A stretch of 64,000 bases of DNA from Tubulanus polymorphus (lineage: Eukaryota; Animalia; Nemertea). Of the stretch, positions 11,780-51,333 are shown in pieces. Under the pieces are notes generated by a model. It did not search any database, was not told the origin of the DNA, and worked only from the letters and a program-made list of their open reading frames with translations. The translations under genes were made by a program, and so were the position numbers. The stretch spans positions 31,706,250 through 31,770,249 of the forward strand of contig NC_134026.1 in assembly GCF_964204645.1 (NCBI RefSeq), written 5' to 3'. Position 1 is the first letter of the stretch. The number at the start of each line of letters is the position of its first letter.

Positions 11780-14700
11780 ATGGCACAATTACCAATCAAT
11801 GCAGATCAATTTAACGAATATCGACAGGGAATTCGAGCTCCGACTTCTCAACCGAAATGTCTCAGTAACGCCAACAACACCGGAGGAGGAGCTGGAGCCA
11901 TCCCTAAACAGAGAGATTTCGATCCTGTCTCTAAAGCCATTCATGCCGCAAATAAACCCTTTAAACAATATCGTTCAGCTGTACAAGCTGGAGATAATCC
12001 TAACGCTATCAAATATATTCCAGGATTAACTCCTAAACCGGTTGGCGTTGATGACACACCCGTTGTACCGAAATGGTGCGCGCCAAAACGTGTACCGCCA
12101 ACTTTAATAAAAGCGTTTTTGGATGGCAGTAAACAGCCAATCAGTGCGGTAACTGAGTATTGCTCATTAGTTCGGTCTGTTGTTAGTTTCCGGGAGACGG
12201 CTGTTATCGGGACGTTGAATATCGGTAAATTCGGTAATGTTTGTAGCATCGATGGAATAGACTATAAACAGGGAGTTGGACGCACGAAAAAAGACGCGAA
12301 AACAGACGCAGCTAAAAACGCTTTCACGGCCATTTTAGGAATTGAAACCGAAGATATGGAAGATGAATCCGGTAAATAGTGTTACTGGACTTTTCAAGAT
12401 AGCTTCAGAGGATTCAAATCGGGATTCAAACCCACTGCACCTACTGGTGCTCGGATTCAAGCCGACAGCACCCACTGGTGCTCGGATTCAAACCGACAGC
12501 ACCTACTGGTGCTCAGATTCAAACCGACAGCACCTACTGGTGCTCGGATTCAAACCGACAGCACCTACTGGTGCTCGGATTCAAGCCGACAGCACCTACT
12601 GGTGCTCGGATTCAAACTGACAGCACCTACTGGTGCTAGGACCATTTGTTCTTAAGCTGCTGAAAGTTCTTACTACTTGTTATAGCTCCTGAACTTTCCT
12701 TAAACTTGACCCTAAACATAATGCTATCCTAACCCTTTAATCTCAAACCTCGTAACCTTCAGGCAAAATACCGGTGACAAAAATAATTCCGCAATCACAT
12801 TAAACAAGTCCACCTCTAATCTTATAATCCTCAGATTATGGCTAATAATCCTCCAGATTATCGCCTATAATCCTCAGATTAGGGCTAATAATCCTCCAGA
12901 TTATCCCTGTAATAGTACTGTTGTATTTGTAGGTAATGGTGATTTGGTGTTTGATTCTATGGGAAGAATGTTTCTGATGCCTAAAGGGTCGTACTCACCT
13001 GTACTGGATTCAACCGGTTCTATCCCAACCACTTGTATTTCTACTGCTAATTTAGACACATTAAATATTGATCCGATGGAAGAATTACAGAAATTCTGCG
13101 CATCTCGAGGACAACCGTTTTTACTGCATATTACTGATCGCAATGAACAGGGGTTAGTTATTAGATTATTGGTTATAGAATTAAAATGAGTTTAGACTGG
13201 TCTTAAGTTGTTAGATTGGTTATAGAACTAAAATTAGCTTAGACTGGTCTTAAGTTGTTAGATTGGTTATAGAACCAAAATGAGCTTAGACTGGTCTTAA
13301 GTTGTTAGATTGGTTATATAACCAAAATGGGCTTAGACTGGTCTTAAGTTGTTAGATTGGTTATAGAACCAAAATGAGCTTAGACTGATCTTAAGTTGTT
13401 AGATTGGTTATAGCACTAAAATTAGCTTAGACTGGTCTTAAGTTGTTAGATTGGTTATAGAACCAAAATGAGCTTAGACTGGTCTTAAGTTGTTAGATTG
13501 GTTATAGAACCAAAATGAGTTTAGACAGGTCTTAAGTTGTTAGATTGGCTATAGAACCAAAATGAGCTTAGACTGGTCTTAAGTTGTTAGATTGGTTATA
13601 GAACCAAAATGAGCTTGGACTGGTCTTAAGTTGTTAGATTGGTTATAGAACCAAAATGAGCTTAGACTGGTCTTAAGTTGTTAGATTGGCTATTGAACCA
13701 AAATGAGCTTAGACTGGTCTTAAGTTGTTAGATTGGTGATATAACTAAATTGAGCTTAGACAGGTTTTGGACCAGTCATAAGAAACTAGTCTTAACTGTA
13801 AGTCTTTGCTGTAACTGGTTCCTCTGGTAACTGGATGTATTATTGTTTCAGGTTGTTCGTAGCGACGATTGTTATCGATAACATACCGTTTAAAAGTGGA
13901 TGCGGACGAACGAAAAAAACTGCAAAACGCGTCGCATCAGATCTAACGTTACATGAATTGAGAAAATCAGAAATTATGGTAAATATCGAATTAAATCGAC
14001 ATCTCTCAATATCATTTTTAACAGAATTCTTTTTGATTGAAATTTCAGCAAAATTTGATGGAAGAAAAAACGACTGAATTCGATAAGTTTGCGATGATCA
14101 GTCACAAACAGTTGATGAAATTACTACGGAATTCTCCGAAAGAGTTTTACGGGGGCAAAATATTAGCTACAATTATCATCAAAAAGAGTAAGTATGTCGA
14201 TGATGGTGGCTCCCCCTAATGTGAGATGGTGGCTCCATCTGTGACATGGAACCCCCTAATGTAAGACAGTGGCTCCCCCTATAAGCAGGGATGTATATTT
14301 GTTATAGGTAAGGTAGATAATCCGTTAGTGATAGCGTTAGGTACCGGTATAAGCAGTATCACCCGCGGTAACGTCACACTTGATGGTAGAACTCTGATCG
14401 ATTGTCATGCCGAAGTGATGGCTCGTCGTTCATTACTCAGGTGCGTCCAGTCCCCATTCCTCTCTCTCTTCCATTCTCATCCATTCTCATCCATTCTTCC
14501 ATTCAATTTACCGATGAATATTTCAGATATTTACATAAAGAGATAAAAAGTTATTACGAAGGTGGAGTTTTGTGTAGTATATTCGAAGCTAGCCCTGGCA
14601 GTGGAGTATTACAGTTAAAACCTAACATCACGTTTCACATGTATATCAGTGATGCACCATTCGGAGATGCAGCTGCATTCTACGAACCGTAAGAGTTTTA

Positions 14701-16473
14701 ATTCACTGAAACTAAAAGAATGAAACAACTGTAGCTGTATAAGTTGTGATGTATTTTCTATTTACAGAGATGAAGTTTTACAATTGAAACCGGATGAAGA
14801 AGAATTAATGTTAAATGGAGCTCATTTTCCTACGTTTAATGATGAAATGCAAGGAATTCTGTCTTGTATGAATGAAGAGGGTAAGGTGTTCACTATTACT
14901 CCACTCCTCCACTCTTCCCACTTCTCCCCTCCCTCCACTCTCCCCACTTCTCCCCTCCCTCCACTCTCCCCCCTCCACTCCCTCTATCTCCCCTCCACTC
15001 TCTCTCTCCCCTCCACTCTCTCTCCCCTCCACTCCTCCCCCCACTCCCCCTCACACAGCTCTATGATGATATATATATATTCTCACAGATGTAATGGCGT
15101 ACCCGCTAGAAGAAGACCAGGTCTCCTCCACTCTCTCTCCTCTCTCTCCCCTCCACTCTCCTCACACAGCTCTATGATATATATTCTCACAGATGTAATG
15201 GCGTACCCGCTAGAAGAAGACCAGGTCTCCTCCACTCTCTCTCCTCTCTCTCCCCTCCACTCTCCTCACACAGCTCTATGATATATATTCTCACAGATGT
15301 AATGGCGTACCCGCTAGAAGAAGACCAGGTCTCCTCCACTCTCTCTCCACTCCTCCCCTCCTCCACTCCTCCCCCCACTCCCCCTCACACAGCTCTATGA
15401 TGATATATATATTCTCACAGATGTAATGGCGTACCCGCTAGAAGAAGACCAGGTCTCCTCCACTCTCTCTCCCCTCCACTCCTCCCCCCACTCCCCCTCA
15501 CACAGCTCTATGATGATATATATATTCTCACAGATGTAATGGCGTACCCGCTAGAAGAAGACCAGGTCTCGATGTCGTGGCAGGATTTCCAGGATCATAA
15601 ACCGATAGAAATCATGTCCGCTAGCGATAAATTATTACGCTGGAATATTCTAGGAATCCAGGGGGCGCTTCTCGGTAATTTCATCGCTCCCGTTTACCTG
15701 ACTTCCATCACCGTCGGTAAGTATAAACACTCTTAATTAATTAGTAAGCGTTAACGACTGTGTTTATTGTTGTTATCGATCCGTCTGTTTTATAGGTCAG
15801 TCGTTTGATCACGGTCACCTGACCCGCGCGTTCTGTTGTCGTATTCCCGATGATATCTCGTTACCGCGGCGATATAAACTGAATCATCCGTGGATAATGT
15901 CGGCAGAATCGACGTTTAAACCAGAGTGGAGAATTCCGTTTAATAATACACTCGGCGTTAACTGGATGGATGGAGACGAACATTTCGAAATCATCGATTC
16001 AAAAACAGGAAAAAGTATTCCGCAGTAAGTATTCAACAATGAGTCGGTAGTCATGGATACAACCTCACGCATCCTGATGACGACTTTCCCTTAGAATTAC
16101 AAATTGAGAATCAAAAATAGAGATAAGTGACGAACGTAAGATGTCTTTATATTTTCTACCATTGCTTCTCTATATTATCATTATTTTTTAAAACTAGAAT
16201 AACGGATGTTATTGTTGCGTTGCTAGGTCACCGTTTCGAACGAGCGTCGCCGGTGCGAGTCGACTCGCGAAAGCCGGATTTTTGCATCGATTTCGAGAAC
16301 TGGCGAAACTTTCGAAGAAAACAAAATTATTCTCGGCAAAAAATTTCCGAGAGTCGAAACAGATGAACGAAGATTACGAATTGGCGAAACGATCGTTTTT
16401 CACACATTTAGCCGAAGCTAATTTCGGGAATTGGCTTCAAATTCCGGAACAAGTGGAATCATTCTCTAAATAA
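11780..16473 (+). CDS. ADAD1: ADAD-like protein (two dsRBMs plus ADAR-type adenosine deaminase domain, probably catalytically inactive)
   Basis: Ten exons: 11780-12371, 12933-13152, 13852-13978, 14049-14187, 14308-14440, 14527-14688, 14768-14880, 15534-15716, 15796-16024, 16227-16473. dsRBM1 QPISAVTEY...[14 protein letters not shown]; dsRBM2 DPMEELQKF...[14 protein letters not shown]. Deaminase motifs [52 protein letters not shown]. The symbol is approximate (ADAD1/2 family). Confidence 0.82.
12430..12637. repeat. 33-bp intronic tandem repeat
   Basis: CAGCACCTACTGGTGCTCGGATTCAAACCGA-type units. Confidence 0.9.
13160..13760. repeat. 47-bp intronic tandem repeat
   Basis: TTAGATTGGTTATAGAACCAAAATGAGCTTAGACTGGTCTTAAGTTG, ~12 copies. 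Confidence 0.95.
15055..15570 (+). repeat. Five-copy duplication of the ADAD exon-8 splice acceptor plus exon start
   Basis: ATATATTCTCACAG|ATGTAATGGCGTACCCGCTAGAAGAAGACCAGGTCTC, with the AG ending at 15088, 15192, 15296, 15420 and 15533. Confidence 0.92.
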
Positions 16474-16649
16474 AACAACCAGCTGGTGCTGACACCTAGT
16501 GGTGTGTCAATAATTGTCTTGATTCTTAAAAAAATGTTAAAAACAAATGTTAAAATAGCATCATATTTTTTAGTTATGTTTGATTGAATAAACAGAAATA
16601 TTGTTTAAAGATCCGAAACTAGGAACTTGTGGTAGATGAATCTGTGGTG

Positions 16650-17135
16650 TACCCTGGCTAGTTCTCCCAGTACCCTCTCAGACTCCTGGCTAGTTCTCCC
16701 AGGACTCCTGGCTAGTTCTCCAAGTACCCTCTCAGACTCCAGGCTAGTTCTCCCAGGACTCCTGGCTAGTTCTCCCAGTACCCTCTCTGACTCCTGGCTA
16801 GTTCTCCCAGGACTCCTGGCTAGTTCTCCAAGTACCCTCTCAGACTCCTGGCTAGTTCTCCAAGTACCCTCTCAGACTCCTGGCTAGTTCTCCCAGTACC
16901 CTCGCTGACTCCTGGCTAGTTCTCCCAGGACTCCTGGCTAGTTCTCCCAGCACCCTCTCAGACTCCTGGCTAGTTCTCCCAGGACTCCTGGCTAGTTCTC
17001 CCAGCACCCTCTCAGACTCCAGGCTAGTTCTCCCAGGACTCCTGGCTAGTTCTCTCAGTACCCTCTCTGACTCCTGGCTAGTTCTCCAAGTACCCTCTCA
17101 GACTCCTGGCTAGTTCTCCAAGTACCCTCTCAGAC
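16650..17135. repeat. Compound tandem repeat (GACTCCTGGCTAGTTCTCCCAG core)
   Basis: Alternating 22- and 32-bp units. Confidence 0.9.
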
Positions 17136-17224
17136 TCAAATTGCAATGTATGTCGATGTTTTGGTTGAATGATCATTCGAAAATGTTTTTCATAACTCTG
17201 CGGTATTTCTGAATGGCACAATCG

Positions 17225-17775
17225 CGTTTATTCAGTAGGCCAACACTAGGGTTAATGCGTTTATTTTACCAGGCCAACACAAGGGTTAATGCGTTTATTT
17301 TACCAGGCCAACACAAGGGTTAATGCGTTTATTCTACCAGGCCAACACTAGGGTAACTGCGTTTATTTTACCAGGCCAACACTAGGGTTTATGCGTTTAT
17401 TTTACCAGGCCAACACTAGGGTTTATGCGTTTATTTTACCAGGCCAACACTAGGGCTAATGCGTTTATTTTACCAGGCCAACACTAGGGTAACTGCGTTT
17501 ATTTTACCAGGCCAACACTAGGGTTACTGCGTTTATTTTACCAGGCCAACACTAGGGTTACTGCGTTTATTTTACCAGGCCAACACTAGGGTTACTGCGT
17601 TTATTTTACCAGGCCAACACTAGGGTTACTGCGTTTATTTTACCAGGCCAACACTAGGGTTACTGCGTTTATTTTACCAGGCCAACACTAGGGTTACTGC
17701 GTTTATTTTACCAGGCCAACACTAGGGTTACTGCGTTTATTTTACCAGGCCAACACTAGGGTTACTGCGTTTATT
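17225..17775. repeat. 34-bp tandem repeat
   Basis: GCCAACACTAGGGTTACTGCGTTTATTTTACCAG, ~16 copies. Confidence 0.95.
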
Positions 17776-19259
17776 CATAGAAGTGTTGATTCGAGAGGAC
17801 CGCTAACCGGCACGCGGGACCCGGGAATTTCTCGTGAAGAATCCGTCGCTATTCAAGCCGAAGAGGTTTTGCTAGAAAAATAGAATATAGCGACCAACAA
17901 ACATTTGGAAATATCATTTGAAATTTAGGACAGATTAATACTAGTATTACATTCTAATAGAGTTGGGCGCCACAGTGGTCCTTCTTGTACTTGATAAGGA
18001 AATTTATATTCCGAATGTGTGCTATTATTTTAGTTCACCGAAAATCCGCTATCGTTATTCATAGCGGCAGCACTAAACGGTTAAGTTCTAGTTCAATATA
18101 GCTCATCTACTGTGGCATGTGAGGAATACAGATATCTTTCTTAGTCAAATTTCATTCATCATTCAGCACGATTTTGTTTGAAATGAAAAGTTGTTTCTAC
18201 ATTGAAGCTTTATCGAAGGGAAGTTTGCTTTTGAAGTCAAATTTCAAGCTACTTTTGATAGAACTCTTCGCTCAGCGAATGTATTAACATCCGGTAATGC
18301 GGCAGACTCACATGCCGCAGGGAGAATTTTAAGCAAATTAAATTTTATTTCCCAAGATTTTCAGATATATAAATAAATTTTAGCACAAATCAGGGGCTTA
18401 AACAGCTTTAAGTAGACTTGCTTCCAACGATGCTCGACTAATCCGGATAACGACCTCGAGATGAAGAGGACTCCAGCTCCCTGCAACAATGGCGGTAGTT
18501 AAGATTCATAAATCAACTAAAACCCAACACTGACTGGCATTGATATAAATAATGTACATGATTTATTAGTTGCCTTTTATAAAATAACAAAAAGTACATA
18601 TTATTATTATTATTATTTTCATTACAAACTTTCAACATTTAGACGTTTGAAAACATACTCCAAATTCTATATGATTTTCTGTACGTTGTTATGTTGTTTA
18701 TCCAGGAGTGGCTTCGAGTGAATAAAACACTATTTTTAGAACTGGTGCTCTAGATGTTTGTGTCGGCCGATTTATTTGACAAGAAACTGTTTGAAATGTG
18801 AAAAATCCTGGGCCCAGTTTCACAGACCGGGTATCAAAGTTACCCCTAGGGATAAATCCTCAATCTGGGTGATACCTACCATCGTAACAATGAGAAACTA
18901 TGGTAATAACTGACAAATTTCAAATCGTTCCCCATTATTTTGCCCGCACTTCCATGAAACCCAGCCCAGGATATTCTAAGAATATTTATATCTAAATTCT
19001 GGTGAAAATTTGACTGTCAATTTCTATTAGAGATTCCAATTAGTTAAAGATCTTTTTCAATCTCTGTTTGGCAGAAATTGATTTCTGAAGTTTTTTCTTT
19101 CAATTTACAGAACAAAATACACAGTTAGCAGAAAGATTTACTGTTAAATGATAAAACAATTTCTCTTCAATCTTTCGAACTGATTTAACTTTTCACTAGG
19201 ATTCCATGAATTTCCTTTTAACACAAAAAAAAACATATTTTACAATACAAAGTATGAGT

Positions 19260-20377
19260 CTATTTTTCACTCTGGTCCTGGCTAAGACTGGAGGCGCCCT
19301 CTTGTGATTTCATTACGTCTGGTAATTCCGGGGGAGTCGACAAGGCCGTTATTTCCAATCCTTCTACTTTTCCATCTATTCAGATATAAAAAGTTCTTCA
19401 ATAGAATTTCAAGAAAACTTTGCTAAATAAAATGGATGATATTTAGAGACTTACCGTCATTTTTAACGGCTAAACCTATAGTAGCCGGGGACTGGGCCCG
19501 AGCTAATGAACTGGTAAATCCACAATCTCCTAATGTTTTATTATCGTCGAGAGGCTGCAACAAAATAATATAAATGTTACAAAAATATTACCTCACTTAC
19601 CCCCCTACACTTCCAGCAGGTTACCCCCCTATACCCCAGCAGGTTACCCCCCTTACACTTCCAGCAGGTAACCCCCACCTCCAGCAGGTTACCCCCCTAC
19701 ACCTCCAGCAGGTTACCCCCTATACCCGCAGCAGGTAACCCCCCTACACCTCCAGCAGGTTACGACCCCCTACACCCTCCCCCCAGCAGGTTACGACCCC
19801 CTACACCCTCCCCCCCAGCAGGTTATGATTGACTGGTGATACTCTGGTATAAGAGGAATATAAATTCCGGATTACAAACTCTCTATCGGCCGCTTCTATC
19901 AGGTTTACAGAATTTGCTATCCTGGTTCTGGTTGAAACGAACGCACCAGCAGAGGAGAATTCTGAAGTTGGTTCAGACCAACCAGACCAACCCCGACCCG
20001 CGGCACCCCCGACTCTCGGGCTCAACTTACCTGATCATCCTTATATAAAATTTGATCTTCCGGCTGAAATTTCAAAATTCCTTCCACAATTTTCTTCAAT
20101 TCATAAACAGTCGTAGATTCTTTAGCGTCAGCGAAGATCGTCACCTTCTTACGACGAATTATTATAAATACGTCCTGTAGAAATATGCAATCATGAATAT
20201 AAACTGAATTGACGTTGAATTTGATAGATAATTTAACCCCTACGAAGGTTTTATCGGCTGAATTGAGAGGGCTGAATGTGAAGGGGGTACCCCCGGAACC
20301 TCGATCTGAATGTCAAATAAAAGATCGGTTAAAATAAAACGGAGGAATTAGAAATATTTGAGGATTCTTCTCACCAT
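19260..20377 (-). CDS. ELOB: Elongin B (absent from the ORF track because its exons are short)
   Basis: Exons 20375-20377 (ATG only), 20031-20174, 19455-19554 and 19260-19375 give [107 protein letters not shown]..., with canonical GT-AG sites. Confidence 0.96.
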
Positions 20378-20697
20378 GGTTAGGCTATCTCTCACTGTAT
20401 AGCGGCTCCACAAACACTGACTGACTGACCTACTTAACAACCAACCAATCACAACACACCATCCGTTTAACTCATCTTCATTGGTCAATTAGGGTTAGGG
20501 TTAGGGTTAGAATTGGGTGAACAGCCAATCAACGATCGCGTTACATCGGCTGACACAAACCAGGAAGTAAAATATAAAGATTTAGTTTCTCCGTTACCGA
20601 CTGATGTGATGATGTCTAATTAACAGTAATTAAAGGAGTAATTAAGAGTTGGTGTATCTGGGAGACAGACACAGAGTTTCAGACGTCACACCACAAG
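20378..20697. promoter_or_regulatory. Putative bidirectional promoter ELOB/FRY and FRY non-coding exon 1
   Basis: Three CCAAT boxes (~20445, ~20480 reverse, ~20524), (TTAGGG)3TTAG at 20489-20510, ETS-like CAGGAAGT at 20561, donor AAG|GTAATT at 20697/8. Confidence 0.6.
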
Positions 20698-21030
20698 GTA
20701 ATTGTGGTTTATTAGATCTACAGTCGTGACCTGACGACGGTCAGTTTTACTTCTTTCTTTTTATTAGTTTCAAATTGTCAATCCACTCAAAGGCCCACCT
20801 GACAGAGTTTCTGATACTGGTCCTCTATCATATTGTGATATACACGGCCATGCTAGTCGGCAAGGGTTTTAAGCCTGACAGTAGCCCCTCCCCCCCCCTG
20901 TCACTGACTGGCTGCTGTCACGCTGACTGACCTAGTCCTGGCAGTGTGGTTGTCTCCACAGATCTCTGCCACTCTACGATCCTTTTAGTGTAACCGCCCA
21001 GCCCCAGACACTATTGCTGACCAAAATGTA

Positions 21031-21374
<344 letters not shown>

Positions 21375-21481
21375 GGTGGTACCTGTGTTCTACGCCTTGT
21401 TTTACTTTTCTCTCTTTCTTTTAAGTAGATATGTGTTAAAACCAGAACAAGTTACCATCACTCAGCGAAACAGAGGAAACA

Positions 21482-49039
<27,558 letters not shown>

Positions 49040-49089
49040 ATCAATAAAATATTTATATTCAAATTATAATCAGTGTTGTTCTGAGTTAT

Positions 49090-49875
49090 GTCTCAGGGGT
49101 GTCCAGGGTTCGAACCCAGTAATCCCTGGGTGATGCTGATTCCTGACTGGTCCTGATGCTGTATAGTGGATGTACCAGGGCGTCCCGGGTTCGAACCCAT
49201 AGATATGCCTGTGACGACATGCTCGCCATCTATCGGAACTTTGCTGAATTATCAAACTCAGAATTGACAATGGCAAAGTTTTAGAATGAACCATGTACAG
49301 GGGTGTCCCGGGTTCGATTCCAATAATAACTGATACTGATCCAGAGTTGTCCTGATGCTGAATAGAGGATTGACAGGGGTGTCACGACCGTACGGTGCTG
49401 CCGCTATGCTCATCGTTAGCGGGATTTTCATACACTAACTGAAGTCAACTCTGGCAATCGTCGTGCTGTCCAGTTATACTCCGTAACCCTAGCTTACCAG
49501 AGTTGACTCACGCTAGTGTATGAAAATCCCGCTACCGATGAGCATAGAGGCAGCACCGTACGGTGAAATGTTGATATCTTAACAAAAGTAATTACTGATA
49601 ACTGATTCAGAGTGGTCCTGATGCTGAATAGAGGATGTGCAGGGGTGTCTCGGGTTCGAATCCAGTAATTACTGATACTAGTTCGGAGTGGACGTGGTCC
49701 TGATGCTGGATAGAGGCCGTTTCCCGGGTTCGATCCAGTAATTACTGATACTGATTCAGAGTGGTCCTGATGCTGAATAGAAGATGTACAGGAGTGGCCC
49801 GGGTTCAAACCTAGTAATTACTGATACTGATTCAGTGGTCCTGATGCTGAATAGAGGATATACAGCAGTGTCCCG
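49090..49875 (+). repeat. Tandem tRNA-derived (SINE-like) ~75-80-bp units; further copies at 52800-52950
   Basis: Recurrent CAGAGTGGTCCTGATGCTGAATAGAGG...CCCGGGTTCGAA(T/C)CC, with a Pol III B box and a tRNA D-arm-like segment. Confidence 0.6.
49387..49564. mobile_element. 178-bp MITE-like element with ~70-bp imperfect TIRs (empty form)
   Basis: Left arm ACCGTACGGTGCTGCCGCTATGCTCATCGTTAGCGGGATTTTCATACACTA...CAACTCTGG. The right arm is its reverse complement with few mismatches. Confidence 0.85.
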
Positions 49876-50227
49876 ACCGTACGGTGCTGCCGCTATGCTC
49901 ATCGTTAGCGGGATTTCCATACACTAACTGAAGTCAACTCTGGCAATCGTCGTGCTGTCCAGTTATACTCCGTAACCGAGTTCATAAATTAATTTTTTAT
50001 GAACTCACCCTCTCAACCTTTAATCTGAAACAACTTATTCCTATTTACTCCTAATATTTCCATATTTTAAACATTTTAAACGTGAGAGTAAAATGTTAGC
50101 ATAATAATCTAGAAAATAAGATGAAATATAGATTTCGAATAATACAAAATCAATTTTCAACATAAAAAGTGTGAGTAAAGCGTGAGTGAAATAATTTATA
50201 TTTAAAACAGTAAATATTTATATTTGA

Positions 50228-50929
50228 ATGAGTTTTAATAAAAGTTTTGTTATAAAAATGAAGACAGAAGAAGAAGAACCTAAATTCAAAATCGAAATCA
50301 ATGAAACCAATAAATTATTTTCACAGTTTAACATTAAAAATTATATCTCAGCAACAAATTTAGTGTCCGCAAGACATTATAAAATTGATAACATTACTAT
50401 GATTAATCAAATATCATCAAATAAAACATATTTAATTACTGAACTAATTGATACTTTTGATAATGGCGTTAAAAATCCAAAAATATTCAATACAGTTTTA
50501 AATCTTAAAGGAACTTTAGATGAAAACATAATATATATTCTTAAAACTCCTTTCAATGAAAGAAAAAGTGATATAATACTTTCTAAAGATTACAATGATT
50601 TGATTAACTTAAGAATTGAAAAAAGACAACTATATTATTTCAATTTTGATAATAAACAAATTATCTATAATGAAAATTCATCAAATATTGGAACTCAATG
50701 TGAGTCAGTTAATGATAATTCATATAAAGATATTGCAGTTCAATGTAATTTAGATGATGAATTTAGAAAATTCAATCCTGATGAGAAAGTGTATTGTTAT
50801 TGTGGAGGTAAATAATTAAGACCACATAAATCAAAACATTACCAAACAGTTAAACATATCGAATATGAAAAAAATAATGAATATATTGAAAAAAGATTAA
50901 GCTGTATGTTTCAAATGTATAGTAGTTAA
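50228..50929 (+). pseudogene. Intronless virus-like ORF: 195 aa plus 37 aa beyond an in-frame TAA that splits a CxCG..H..H zinc finger
   Basis: ...VYCYCGGK*LRPHKSKHYQTVKHIEYE...; the frame stays open to TAA at 50927-50929. Confidence 0.6.
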
Positions 50930-51063
50930 AGCATTGAGAAATTAGTTAATGAATAACTGTTAAGGGAGTAAGTTTAATTGTTATTTGATTTGAAACATAT
51001 AAAAGTTTAATATTTCTAAAATATTAAATATTTATCAATTTATTAATTTTTATCTTTAAATAA

Positions 51064-51273
51064 ATGTATGATTTCAACATTCCAACTGGAAGTAGTGATT
51101 TTAAACATTATTTAGTTGCTGGAGGTTTAATATTGGCTGCGCTTTTCTGTTACTATGAGAATATTAGTAAAGATCTAATGAATGAAAATATAAAATTGAG
51201 TAAAAAGTTAAAGAAGTTAAATGGAAACAACCACAGAAAAAATAACAATAAAAAAGTTCATGATTTTACATGA
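51064..51273 (+). CDS. Hypothetical 69-aa single-pass membrane protein in the cargo
   Basis: ATG within TAAATG; hydrophobic YLVAGGLILAALFCYY followed by a basic, possibly coiled-coil tail. Confidence 0.45.
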   Translation: MYDFNIPTGSSDFKHYLVAGGLILAALFCYYENISKDLMNENIKLSKKLKKLNGNNHRKNNNKKVHDFT

Positions 51274-51333
51274 TTTGGAGGATTAAGACAGAATCTTTTA
51301 ATTTAATTTATTTTATATATTTTAACTATAAAG

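Noticed and set aside
13160-17775. Regular 34-47-bp repeats resembling CRISPR arrays
   Set aside because: Head-to-tail units with no unique spacers, no cas genes, and a eukaryotic context.
18330-18500. Possible minus-strand exon after TTGCAG at ~18481
   Set aside because: No recognisable product and no partner donor.
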